A program made the translations under genes and the position numbers. Below the pieces are notes generated by a model. The model searched no databases. It worked only from the letters and a program-made list of their open reading frames with translations, and was not told the DNA's origin. From Narcine bancroftii (lineage: Eukaryota): a DNA stretch of 64,000 nt. Positions 23,641-36,583 of the stretch are shown here, piece after piece. Numbering within the stretch: position 1 is the first letter of the stretch; each line of letters begins with the position of its first letter. The DNA is taken from the NCBI RefSeq assembly GCF_036971445.1, contig NC_091471.1:368652001-368716000 (forward strand). The letters are read 5' to 3'.

Positions 23641-24884
23641 CTTAATTACAATTCAATCGTTTAAAATACAAAAACGATTGGGGTTTTTTTGTTTATAAAG
23701 AAAATATATTTCTTTCACTTTTGCTTTTTTTCTCAATTTTATAATGTAATTAGCCTGGCAGGCAAGATGTACTGGGGTTGTAGAGAAGGGGAGAGGGAAA
23801 CCAATTTAATTTAATTATCAAAAACAATATTTAGTTCTGAAGCCAGTTAAATGTCCATCTGTGCTTTTCTAACAGTTGAAAAAAGATAATTTTTTTATAT
23901 GCCTTTGAGGCAGAAATGTTAATTACTTTGGGCTTTGAGACAGAGAGGAAGAACAACACATCAATGGAGCAAAAAATAGATAACATCTTCACTCATTTTG
24001 TTCTAATATGTTTTAAACTTTTTTTTATTGCTTGATGCTGATCAACTTTCAGGTCCACAAACATGAGATATGGGATTAAATGGGCTGCTTTCCAGAATGG
24101 TTGTCTTTTGAACTGTAAGATTTTGTTTCTAAGCGAGTGTAATTTTTTTTTAAACTTCACTAAAGGGAACAAAGGATGGAAGAGGATGAGAGAGATGTGT
24201 CATTGATATTTGAAGAGAACTTAGGAATTCCAAGTGGACAAAGATGGATGTAAATGAGAGCAGATAAATAGGTTGCTTTTGGAGTTTGACGAAAACATTG
24301 AGAGTCGTGGTGAGATTGAGTGTTTGGCAGGAAATAGATTGGAAGAGGTAAAGGTGAAGAAAGCAAAAATATTCACATGAGGAGATGGAAGGGATGGCTC
24401 TGAATGCTGTACATTTTCTGTGATTTCATCCCAAATGTGTTTGCAGCAGTTAGCGGTTCCTTTCTCCACTCTATCATATCACACATCTTGCAACCTAATA
24501 AAATCATAAAGGGTAACAAATTTTTAGGAAAGGAAATAGAAGCAAAAAAAAAAACCTGACACAGATGTACAACATTGAGTCAGATCAGAGAAGGTCCATT
24601 TGCTCTTCATTGCCACAAGAGATCTACTAGCTTTCGGGTGAAGGTAAGGAACAGTTGGTCCAGGGTACAGATATAATTTGATTCCTGCATTGGCCATACA
24701 TTTGATAATATTTTATTGAATTTCATTTTACATTGTAATTTATTGTTTGGTGGAAAAGTATAGAAAATTGTGGAAAAAAGAAAAGGTTGGTGCACATGAC
24801 GCTGGCATTTGTTGTGGTTCTGGGAGATGGAAAACTATAATATCAGTGCACACAAGACTAAAAGTATAACAATATTGCAGGTAT

Positions 24885-26830
24885 AATTTGTTTATTTATC
24901 GTCAGATTGTACCAGTACAACCCGACAAAACCACATTTTTCGTTCCACACTGCAGAACAGTGCAAACACACACACAGACATAAAACACATATGGACAAGT
25001 GCAGTACATGTATCCATATATTTAAAGTAAATTAATACAGTGGAGACTCAGAGAGTTTTTAGCAGTTGTTGGAAGAAGCTGTTTCTCAGTTTGGTGGTTC
25101 TGGCTCTAATACCTTTATCTCTTTCCCAACAGGAGTAGCTTAGAGATGCTGCACGTGGGTTGGTAAGGGTTCAGATTGATTTTAAAAGTTCTCTTTCTAT
25201 AACAATCCTGATAAGTCACATTGATGGGGAGAGGGAGACCCCAGTGATTCTCTCTGCTACTTTTAGAGTCCTCTGATTTGACCTCCGATCCAGTGCTTTA
25301 CAGCAACCATGCCACACTTTGATATAGCTGGCCAGGATGCTTTTGATGGAGCTCCTGTAGAATATTGATAGGAATGGTGGCCAGTAGCCTTGCCCTCCTC
25401 AGCCTTCTAAGGAAGTGCAGTCTCCGTTGCGCCTGACTGCCAAGTGAGGAGATGTGTGTCGAGGGAAGGTCACTTCGGACATCGAGGAACTTTCTGCTCT
25501 CTACCCTCTCTATGACCGATCTATTAATGTGTAGTGGAAGTTTACATCCGGTAAACTTTACATCCGGTAAAGTTTACATCCGGCTGTTTACATCCGGTAC
25601 CGCACGGATGGCAGTCTCTTCAATCTGAGGCGCCTGCAAGCTCACACCAAGACACAAGAGAAACTTGTCCGTGAACTACTCTTTGCAGATGATGCCGCTT
25701 TAGTTGCCCATACAGAGCCAGCTCTTCAGCGCTTGACGTCCTGCTTTGCGGAAACTGCCAAAATGTTTGGCCTGGAAGTCAGCCTGAAGAAAACTGAGGT
25801 CCTCCATCAGCCAGCTCCCCACCATGACTACCAGCCCCCCCACATCTCCATCGGGCACACAAAACTCAAAACGGTCAACCAGTTTACCTATCTCGGCTGC
25901 ACCATTTCATCAGATGCAAGGATCGACAATGAGATAGACAACAGACTCGCCAAGGCAAATAGCGCCTTTGGAAGACTACACAAAAGAGTCTGGAAAAACA
26001 ACCAACTGAAAAACCTCACAAAGATAAGCGTATACAGAGCCGTTGTCATACCCACACTCCTGTTCGGCTCCGAATCATGGGTCCTCTACCGGCACCACCT
26101 ACGGCTCCTAGAACGCTTCCACCAGCGTTGTCTCCGCTCCATCCTCAACATCCATTGGAGCGCTTACACCCCTAACGTCGAAGTACTCGAGATGGCAGAG
26201 GTCGACAGCATCGAGTCCACGCTGCTGAAGATCCAGCTGCGCTGGATGGGTCACATCTCCAGAATGGAGGACCATCGCCTTCCCAGGATCGTGTTATATG
26301 GCGAGCTCTCCACTGGCCACCGTGACAGAGGTGCACCAAAGAAAAGGTACAAGGACTGCCTAAAGAAATCTCTTGGTGCCTGCCACATTGACCACCGCCA
26401 GTGGGCTGATAACGCCTCAAACCGTGCATCTTGGCGCCTCACAGTTTGGCGGGCAGCAACCTCCTTTGAAGAAGACCGCAGAGCCCACCTCACTGACAAA
26501 AGGCAAAGGAGGAAAAACCCAACACCCAACCCCAACCAACCAATTTTCCCTTGCAACCGCTGCAATCGTGTCTGCCTGTCCCGCATCGGACTTGTCAGCC
26601 ACAAACGAGCCTGCAGCTGACGTGGACTTTTTACCCCCTCCATAAATCTTCGTCCGCGAAGCCAAGCCAAAGAAGAAAGAAGTGGAAGTTAGTCGTCCAT
26701 GGTCCTCCTGAAGTCCCCAATCATCTCCTTTATCTTGTCCACATTGAAACTCCGGTTGCTCTTCTCACATCATTTCACGAGACTTTCCACCTTTTCTTTG
26801 TGGTGCGATTCATCGTTGTTGCTGATCTAC
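24885..26830 (-). mobile_element. Rex1/Babar-type LINE fragment interrupted by an RTE insertion (host parts about 24885-25540 and 26691-26830)
   Basis: Minus strand reads LNVDK(I)KEMIGDFRR at 26700-26750 and continues across the RTE into KFL.../QRRLHFLRRL and ILASYI motifs. Confidence 0.8.
25541..26680 (+). mobile_element. 5'-truncated young RTE-clade LINE with an open RT C-half ORF (25586-26620) and a 10-bp TSD
   Basis: VYIRYRTDGSLFNLRRL...ELLFADDAAL...FGLEVSLKKTEV...FTYLG...LRWMGH...CNRCNRVC..RIGLVSHKRAC. AGTGGAAGTT at 25533-25542 and 26681-26690. Confidence 0.97.
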
Positions 26831-27649
26831 AAATTGCAGATGACACAACAGACCAAAGGCAAGATGGAAAAAAATTATCGATTGGAAGTAAGGTTTTGTT
26901 ATTTAAGGTCAGTTAAATAGACATTCTGTAACAGCCATATTAATTATTTAAGCAACCAACTGCATGGAAGTGTTCTTATAAAGACTGTTTTGTCCATTAT
27001 AAAGCACCGGACCATTGGCAGATTGTCTTCCAATAACTGTAGACAAATGTGCTTTTCAGATATTCAGGACACAGTTGATTTGTAGAAAATGAGAATGTAT
27101 TTATAAGTTGACTTGCAAGTAATTATGTTGCTAGTAATGAGAATTTATGCAATGTGTAAATGGCTATATTAAGGAGCTATTTGTAGCTTAATTTGTGGTG
27201 AAATAACATTAGAATTGTTGAAGTTACACATGAAAATAATAAAGAATGACTACATTGAGTTGAGAGTGGGTATTATTATAAATGCCATTAAAATCAATGC
27301 CTTGGAACATTATGAACACAAAAAACAGCAGGTTTAATGAGATGTTCTTTGCATTTCTCTGTCACCAAGGGCCTCAGTTTCATATTCTTAATTTGTTAGC
27401 CTCCATGGTGTCAGGCATTCTGTGATATGGGGGAAACAACTCATCATGCAGAACAGTCTTTGAACAACAGCAGCACAAACTTGAAACCTGGATTATGCTT
27501 CAAAAACATCTTCTCAAGGTATCCTTTTCTTAAAAAAAAGATCTGTTTAATTTTATAGCTCATGTGGTAAATTGCCTGACAGCTCGCCAGAAATTTGTCC
27601 TTGGTTGCAAAGAATTACAATAAGACTCAAATCATCAAATAATTTTTTT

Positions 27650-27675
27650 TTCCAGGTGGCAGCTGCCACCTGGAA
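27650..27675. repeat. Perfect 26-bp palindrome
   Basis: TTCCAGGTGGCAG|CTGCCACCTGGAA. Confidence 0.95.
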
Positions 27676-28689
27676 CCTTGAAACAATTTTTAGATGATAC
27701 CATGGGTGTCCTTGAAGCAGGTCTTTTTAAATTAATCTGAAGCAACAGGGATCACAGAATGACCTTTGTGAGTAAACTGGTGATCACAATGCATGATGGA
27801 TGGATATTTTGTCTTTTGATTTCCACAGCGGCTTAAACATTGCAGCTCCTGTGCTGGTTCTACTTCAGCATAGAAATAAAATGCAGTGAGAAGGATTGCT
27901 GAGGAGACCTTCATTATAAAGCTGTGAGCTATTACACAACTTGGTTTGTTTTAATGCAGTAATGCAGTTTGAGCACGTTGACCATAAAATTCTATTTTAG
28001 TTTAGCAACAAATTGCATGGTCGAAGTCTTTGAAGAGATGGAGGGTAGAAATCCATAGAGGAGGGCAAAGGAGTCCAGTTCCTGGACTGGATTAAGGCAG
28101 GTTGCTACTTGAATTTCAGTCATTCAAGCAGCAGATGTTTGCTTAGAAAAATGTTTTGAGTCTCAACGAGAGCAGAAGAGCATTCAATCAGTCTTCTGAT
28201 GACGAGCAAATAGTCCATCTTCACACTTCAGCAAATATCCCCAATGTTTTGCATTTGTGACATTAACTATAGTCGCTCCTTTGCCATCAATTCATGCAAA
28301 AGGACAGCTTTAAAATGAAACTGTTGAAGTAGTCTGATGTAAGCTCAATAAGACTTCTGTTACCCCAAACTGCTCCATGTTATAGGATCCAACATACAGA
28401 GTAATTTTTTCTTCCAAAATGAATGTTTTCGTGGACTGGTTCAAGAATTTTTAACAGAACTAAAGCAACAAGACCGAAGTAATTGATAATAATTTGTAGA
28501 TTTTTAAAATATTTTGACTATTTAAATCATTTTCAATAATTTTGGCAATTCTGATTCAAGTTTTAAATCAGAATAAACAGAATTATGACATGAACAGATG
28601 GCATTACCCCATATCAATGTTTTCTTCAAAGGGAAACTTGAAAATGTCACCTCAAAATCAGGATTGCCTTGTACGCTAGGTCTAAAATC

Positions 28690-29355
28690 CGAACCTTGAC
28701 AGTGAAGTCTCAGCACCTCTGTCATCTTCCCCCTCCCCCCTCCATATCCTACTCCCATCCAGTTGGCTCCGACTCGAGCATCCTCATCAGGCCCTAGGCG
28801 CACTCTACCACCTTCCTCTCGTTGACAACCAGACTCGCCTCCACGCAAGTAGCCCTTCAATGGACCTTCCTCGCACTGACAACCCGATTCACCTCCACAC
28901 AACTGTTCCCGTCAGAACCCCCCCTATGCACCTTCCTCAAGCTGACGTCCTGGCTCCCCTCCAGGGAAATGGCAACAGTGAAAAGAATGTGTGCTCATTG
29001 AGGGGCATTGCTCGTTCAGCAGGGCAAACCTACACATGTCCACTGAAATCTCAGCGCTCCCCTCTGGGGTCCAGCCACCCAGTCTGTCGGCCATCGTCTC
29101 TGTACGTGCTTTAAACAGGCAGATACACGAGTCGAAGGTGGATTATTTTAAAATATGCTCATGAAATTAAAATCTTTGCAGGGTAATTGAGTATTAAAAT
29201 ATTGTGATGGCATCACTCCACTGGTCAGTGCCAGGTTTGGGTGGGGGTGGGGGGGGTGTCACCCTATAGAAAGAGTATAGCTCCAAACCTACATTTTTGG
29301 TGGAAAAACTGGGGGTCGTCCTATACAGAGTTGTCCTAAACGCTAGCACATATGG
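28690..29355. mobile_element. Partial Tc1/mariner (pogo/Tc2-like) non-autonomous element with GC-rich internal repeats
   Basis: Right end GGGGTCGTCCTATAC...CACATATGG|TA resembles CCGTATATAC-type TIRs. Left TIR not found. Confidence 0.45.
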
Positions 29356-30269
29356 TACATTTATATTTTAATCCAGTGAGCTCCCACTAACTCCTCATAA
29401 CTTGTTTTGCACAGAGGTGCTGGAGCATCCACAGGAAGTAAAAGGGCATCTATGTTTTGGGCCTGATGTCAACGACCTTCTGCTTCTCCTGGATCCTGCG
29501 TGACCACTGGGTTTCTCCAGCACTTTTGTGGACTGCACTCGACTCCAGCTTCTGCAGATTTTCCTGTTCACCAGTAACCTATTTTAATTTTCAAGCAATT
29601 GCCTTATTCTCTTTTAGAACAAATGCAATAATATTTTACTTCAGAGAATTTACCACCCTAACCAGATAGAATTTAAGATTTTTTTTCCTCAAAACCACAA
29701 ATATTTTTGAACTCCTCCTAAATTTGTACTTTTCTTCGTATCCCACCATAGCCTCTCTAATTCTTAAAGATTGCCAATATAACCTTCCTCTGCCTCAGAG
29801 GCCATCAAGGTTTACCAGGTTTCTCGGTTAGAGCGCTTGTCACTAGATGTCTACATTGTTTTGGTTAGCTTATGGAGTTCAGCAGGGGTAGTGCAAAATT
29901 CTACAGATTTGCTAGTTCACAGGCTGGGAAGCTCGCCCACTGGACATGCACCAGATTAATCTTTGACATTGACAAACGTTCAATAACAAAGACAGCTGGT
30001 GAGCCTGGGGGCAAACCCTTACCAGCTGTCAGAGGCCTTCTGTCATGCAGCCAGCCACACGCTGCAGAGGCTCTGCTGCCCTGGACCACACTAATATGCT
30101 GGGAACTAGGCTCCCTGTGGAAGCCTGCACTTGGACCACAATGGAACAAAATGAATAGTTCAGGGACAAGTAACTGACATTCTCAAGTTCTGCTTCAACA
30201 TAAGTTGTTTGGCTCAGCAATTGCGCTCTTGGCTGCTCCAGCTATTTGAGCATATTGTCTGGTTTGATG

Positions 30270-30720
30270 CCACTCATTCCTTATGCCAACCTCTGTGTGA
30301 AGAAAGTGCCCCCTCAGGTCCCCTTTAAAATTTTTACATTCTTGCCTTAAATCTATGCCCTTTAGTTTTAGATTCCCTTGCACTGGGAAAAAGATGTTGT
30401 TCATAATTTTATAAACTTCTTTAAACTCCCCACCCCCTCCCCTCCTCAGTTGCCTCCTACACTTCAGGAACAAACTCTTCAACCTTTCTGGCCTCTCCTT
30501 ATAATTAAAGCCTACCCATTCCGGTAGCATTCTCGTGAATCTTTTCTGCATCCTTTCCTTCTTGATGATCTCTTTCCCCTCGCTGGGTTACTAAAACTCC
30601 ACACATACTGCAAGTGTGTTCTCACCAATTTCTTGTACTGTTATGGTATGATGGTCCTGTTTCTATAGGAGGATGAAGGAAAGCAGGCCAAATATATTGT
30701 TCACCACCTTGTCTACTGAC
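30270..30720 (-). mobile_element. CR1 fragment
   Basis: ORF 30195-30551(-) MQKRFTRMLP...FKGDLRGHF. Confidence 0.85.
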
Positions 30721-30734
30721 TGATTGTATACTGA

Positions 30735-31175
30735 TTGCTTCATAGCCAGATTCAGACATTTGAATGCCTAGAAATGCAGAAGACTCCAGAACGTAATAAA
30801 CATAGCCAGGTCCATCAAAGGCTCTGATCGCCCATCAGTTGAATACATCTGTATGAGGCACTGCCTCAAGAAGGCAGCCAACATCATAAAGGACCCCGAT
30901 CACCATGGTCACAACCTCTTTCCACTGCTACCATTGGGTAGAAGGTATAGAATGAAGACAGCACCTCTTGGATCAAGACCAATTTCTTTCCAACTCCAAT
31001 GACAGAAAAGTGCTTGCATTATTGCATACTCGCTTTCTTTATCTAGAAGATTAACTGCATTTTATTTGTCTCTTTTTAATTAATTTATGCAGACAATTTT
31101 TTTTAAACAGAGTACTTGGTTACAGCAAATAATAATTTTGGTGCATATGTATGTTGTATATAACCATAAACTCAT
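30735..31175 (+). mobile_element. Rex1/Babar-type LINE 3' fragment
   Basis: CLKKAANIIKDPDHHGHNLFPLLPLGRRYR motif at about 30860-30950. Confidence 0.8.
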
Positions 31176-34019
31176 TATCAATGCATTGCCATCATGGAAT
31201 TATGTATCTGTACTCTCCAGTTTCCATGTTCTGCACCACTCTCCCAACAAGAAGTATTCAAGGTTCAGACATTTGTGTATTATAGAGATGTATTTCTGCA
31301 TTTACATTTTCATTCACAGGATTGATTGCATAGTGGGGGTATAATGTAATGTTGATGAAGTTGGTAGAAGTTTTCTTGCTGTCAACCCTGGATTTCAGTT
31401 GAAGTCTCAGCTCTGAGCAGAAATATTGTAGGTTTAAGTCACTTTCTTCCACTGAATAAATAATTCAAGGTACCACCAGTGGATTACTGAAGGAATCTTG
31501 CACTGTGATGGAATAATTCCAAATAAAAAAGAGTCACTGGTATTCCCTTGGAATGCCATGAACTTTTGATGATTTTTTTCAACCTGCAAAGTTCCATTTA
31601 TTCTGATTTACCTGCTGAGTGTTCCCAGCACACCTACCTATGGTCATCTGTTGTGCATACCTAATTTTAATCTCTCCCAAAGTTGTTCTCTTTTCCTTTA
31701 GTGTATGAGAACCTGAGCTCTGAGATTGCCTCTTCCAAACTTCCTTATAGTTGTCTCAACTTTCCTCAATTAAAGTTCTCTTCAAAATCTTCCTTTGTAT
31801 GCCTGAATTTCTCTCTTTGTGGCTCAAAATCAATTTTTGTTTATGGCTGCTTTTATGAATGATCAAACCATTTTACTTGATTAAAGTCACTTGCAAGTTA
31901 TTGTTCTTAAACATGTTAGAAAGTTATTTACTTGCAAACAATTATTTAACATATTCATGCCTCAAATGGAATGGTTTTCTGGCAATATTGATTGCCAGTA
32001 TTGCCAAATATTTCAGTAGGAACACTGCAAGTTTAAAAGTGTTTTTGGTCCGAATGACATATTGACGTAGAGTTTTTGGAATATGATTTTGAGACAACTT
32101 TCAGTTAATATCTATGTATCAAAATAAATAACACTTAAATCTACCATTCTGAATATGTCTGTGTATATTATCAATATATATTTTTGCATTAGCATAATGT
32201 TCTCATTTTGTGAACTTTAAAAGCTGCAACTGTTATAATGGGTTGGAAATATTGGAAATGTAGGTTGCAAAAATTATTTCCAGAGAAAATTTTAAATGTA
32301 TTTTTTTATTGTTCCTTTTGTGCAGTTAAGGATATTTTAAATATAGATAGATCATCTGTAGTACATCCATTGCAGCTGTTGCTAACAATAGCTTGTCAAG
32401 AGTTTTTTGTGACCTGTTGAAAACTCATGATTGATGGTCAGAGCTCCAGCTGAGATTCCTGTTCGGACAAGAAGCTGGGGCAGATTTGGCAGATTATGGA
32501 ATCTGTCATGCCTCTATTCACCGTCTATAGAGACATTGTACAGAGGATAATGGCTACTTCGCCATGAATTACAACGCTGTAATCGAGGCCCAGATGATGT
32601 CATGTAACATAATCGTAAAGTTTTGCAGTTTTTATTCATTCTCAAATGTGAAGTTGGTTTGGTTCATTGAATTTAGAAGATACCATGACTTTTTAAAATA
32701 AATACAAGTCTGTGATTTTGTTGTAATCTCATTTAATTTTCTTAATTAAAGATGATAACTTTTGTTTACGGAATGATTTCAGAAGTTTCAGTAATTTTTG
32801 ATCACTCGCCTCTGTGGCCATTTTTTGATCATTGAGCACCAATTATATGAATGATCATTCTGCTATTCAACCCACGAGGACATGTGTGGACAGCTTCACT
32901 TCCTGTTCAGCTGATTATTGTGAAATATACTTTTCAGATTGAACTGTGAAGAAGCCAGATTGGTTTTATTTTTCCTTATTCTTACCATAGGAATTTGTAG
33001 ATAACCGTGGCCACTCTGGCTCGGATCAGTTTTCTCAAAACTGTTCAGTAATTGAGCCTTATCTCAGTTCTTTGAAAAACTTAATATTACACTCAGCATT
33101 TTGAAACTCAACAGCAGGCAAACTATGAATTTCCTTTTATTCATTTTATTTATTTGCTTATTTACTTGTATATTTTCCAGCAATTGGAATCTCATGTTTG
33201 CATTCAAAAACTGAAATTCTATTTTGCAAGAGAATATCCCACTTTTATGATGTAAATCGTGGATTAGCTCAATTAAAGTTTACTGTGAATTTTGTTGAAC
33301 ACTTTGGAAATAGATGCATTCTGAAAGGTTAAAGTGGCAAAACATTTAAAAAGTCCTTATTTTAAAATGAACTTCATAAAATCGTGTTAACTTTTTTTCA
33401 TTTTAGAAAGTACTGTAAATATCTTTGAACACTATTTCAAGTGAAGTTTTTGAGACTTTGATTATTAACTTATGCTCTCAGAGTTCTCCATGTACTTTTT
33501 TTTATGCATAGCTCCAGTTCATTTTCCTGTTCTGGGAACGAAAGCAGGAATATCAGTTTTGTATTGACACCAAATTCATGTTATTGGTAACTCTATTTTG
33601 TAATGCCGTTTCGAAGTACTTTCAGTAAATCTTCTGATACGTGTCCCTGCAAAACGTTTCAAAAACAAAGTAGCAATCGTGTGTATTTCTGAAATTTGGT
33701 ATAATAGAATATTGAAATTAATATTGTCGCGCAATGATTGTAAACTTTAGAATGAAATGTTGCTGTTGACTGGCTTCAAGGTGTGATGCAGAGTGCAAAA
33801 CGATGCCATCTCACATACCAAGAACTTTTTGAATGTTTAAGGAATTATTGCACACTTGTAAAAAGGGTTTTCACTGCACCAAGGTGCACATCCTTCTGCG
33901 CATTGGAATGGCAGATCAGAAAATTATGCCACCACTTTTGCAACACTTGGCAGTTTTGGTTAATGATAATAATTTAGAGAAGCAAAACTGGGCATAACCT
34001 AAAACTCGCCTTTCATTTT

Positions 34020-35380
34020 TATTATGGATTTTAATCTGGTGTTTGGCATGGCTTTCCATGGTAGGCTCATTCAGAAAGTCGTAAGGCATAGAATTTGTTT
34101 AAACTTGACTGTGTGGGTTCAGAATTGGCTTGCCTGCAAAAGGCAGAGGGTGGCAGGCGATGAGTGTATTCTACCTGAAAGACGATATGTAGTCGTGTTC
34201 TGCAGACATTTGTTCTGGGACCCTTGTTCGTGATTTTTATAAATTTAGACGTACAGCACGGTAACGGGCCCTTTCAACCCACAAATTCATGCCGCCCAAT
34301 TGCACCCAATAAGCCAACAACCCTGTTCGTTTTGAACGATGGGAAGAAACCAGAGCCCCCAGAGTAAACCCACGCAGACATGGGATGAACGTACAAACTC
34401 CACGCGGGATTTGAACCCAGTCCCGATCACTGGCGCTGTAATAACGTTGCTCTAACCACTTCACCAACCATTGTGTCACTTAGATGAAGAATAAAGGGGT
34501 GGGTAAGTAAGTTTGCAGTTGGCATGAAGGTTGGAGATATTGTGGATAGTGTAATAGGTTGACATCGTTTACAGTGGGGTAAAGACAGGATGCAGATTTG
34601 CGTTGAGAAGTGGCAGATGAAATTCTGTACAAGTGCAAAGTGAAAAACTGGCACATTGAACTTGAAGGTGGAGTATGTGCTTAATGGGAGGATTCTTAGT
34701 ATGTGCTTAATGGGAGGGACAGAGGGATCTTAGCGTAAAAGTCCATTGATCTTTCAAATTGGCTGCACAAGTCGATAGGGTGGTTAAGAAGGCGTATAGT
34801 AGGCTGGCCTTCATTAGTCAGGGGATTGAGTTCAAGAGGCATGAGGTAATGTTGCAGCTCGATAAAACTGGTTAGGCCACACTTCGAGGATTGGGTTCAG
34901 TTCTGGTCATTATAGGAAGGACGTGCAAGCTTTACAGCGTGCAGAGAAGATTTATCAGCTATTCCCTGGATCGAAAGACTTTCTTATGAAGAAAAATTGA
35001 GTGATTTAGGGCTTTTCTCTTTGGAGCGACAGAGGCTGAGAGGCAACTTTATAACGTACCTCTATTAAGATTTTAAGAGGCATCTCAATGGAGAAAGAGC
35101 CAGCATGTTTTGTCCCAGGACAGCAATGGCCAATACCAAAGGACATCCATTGAAAGTGATAGAGAAAAATTTAAGGGAGATGTCAGGGATATTTTATTTA
35201 CACCGACTGGTGGGTGCCTGGAACGTACTGCCGGGTGGTGATAGAGGCTGATACATGGGCGTTGAGAAGGGCACATGAATAAATGCCAGAGAAATGGAGG
35301 AGGGGCGAGGAGAAGGGTTAGATTAATTGTGGACTACAGCCAAAGTACCTGTACTGCATTGTTTTCTTCTGTATTCTATT
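34020..35380 (+). mobile_element. Degraded CR1 fragment with a nested SINE
   Basis: MDF...HGRLIQKV...WVQNWLA.KRQRV, then CR1 C-terminal motifs and the 3' tail. Confidence 0.88.
34240..34475 (-). mobile_element. tRNA-derived V-domain SINE inserted in CR1
   Basis: Minus-strand A box (TGGTGAAGTGG) and B box (GGTTCAAATCC), with a gagtttgtacgttc core as in 58933-59190. Confidence 0.88.
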
Positions 35381-36583
35381 TAACGTTCAGCCATAAATAT
35401 GAAGTTTGAGTGGCAATTAGAGGGATGGGTGATAACGTAGCAAAAGGCAGTAACCCATCCTCAGTGCTGATTAACTCAGTATGGGTGTAAAAGATAGAAT
35501 AGAAATAATTCAAATGAATTAAATTAGATATGGTCTGTTTGAAACTACTGTGGTTTTAGTGTCTGTTGGTTCTGTTTTAACCATTGCAACATGTTGTCAA
35601 GTCAGATGTTTTTGATTAAATATTTACAAATGTTTTGCACTCTATTAGTAACGTCATTAAAAATCTTACAACCTTCAATTATGCCCGAATGCTTTGCAAG
35701 TTGTGGTTGTGGTTGATACATTTTCCAGTATTTACACAATGTTATTTGGGGTATTGTACCAACAGTTTCTGACTAGATACACAAACTGGAAGCATTAACA
35801 CATTTCCTTTTAAGAATATAGTGTCTTTGAGTATTTTTACACTGTGCAGGATTCTTGGTGATAGAAATAAAAATCCAAAATAATCAGTATTTTCATCATG
35901 CTATAAACTGTTGAGAAATAACCAGAAATCTAGAAACAAGAAGTGAGCAGTTATAGGTACTTTCCATTTCAGCCTATGTGTATTGGCTTGTTCATATTGT
36001 TGATTTTCTTCATGTTGAATCTTGAAGAAACTCTCTTTGGAAAAAGTTGTTGGTCCTATGGCATTCTTCAGAATGGTGAAAAAGATGGTCAATTAAGTAA
36101 TATTCATATTATGGAATGTACGCTGCATAAACATTTTGTCAAGAATATAGATTAACATTTCAGCAAATTCTACTTTTCAATGTGATACACATGCTTGCTC
36201 TTCTATCATGAACTGCAGGTCCAGTTCAGCATTTTGCCAGTAGGTGCCACAATGGTTCAATGCAACATGGAGATTTGACTCCAAACGATTTTAATTTTCA
36301 TAAAATAGTAATTGCTGAAAAATCCTTGACTTCACAGGATGGATAAACTCGCCAGAAGTAGATTTATTGGTTGAAGATATTGGACTAAAGCTTTGAATCC
36401 AATTCTGTCCCATGTTTTGCTGGGTGACAATATTGTGAGGATTATGGTTCAGATCTTTGAAGAATAGTTGATATTGGATACAAGATGATAGAATTATTTA
36501 CATTGCACCTCTGCAGTTGAATCCTGGAAACTTGATAGTTTAATATTAAATCTGTTGGAAATGGAAAGATGCTTTCACTTTTA

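Noticed and set aside
32960-33055. Strong acceptor (..cttaccatag|GAATTTGTAG) as the next STX8 exon
   Set aside because: In the required phase it reads G-I-C-R-stop and has no similarity to EIIDDL.
34672-34717. Short direct duplication AGTATGTGCTTAATGGGAGG (a similar one lies at about 44341-44381)
   Set aside because: Ordinary slippage or repair micro-duplication with no functional signal.
36237-36250. Second CTCF-like motif CCAGTAGGTGCCAC
   Set aside because: Mismatch in the conserved GGC core, too weak without data.
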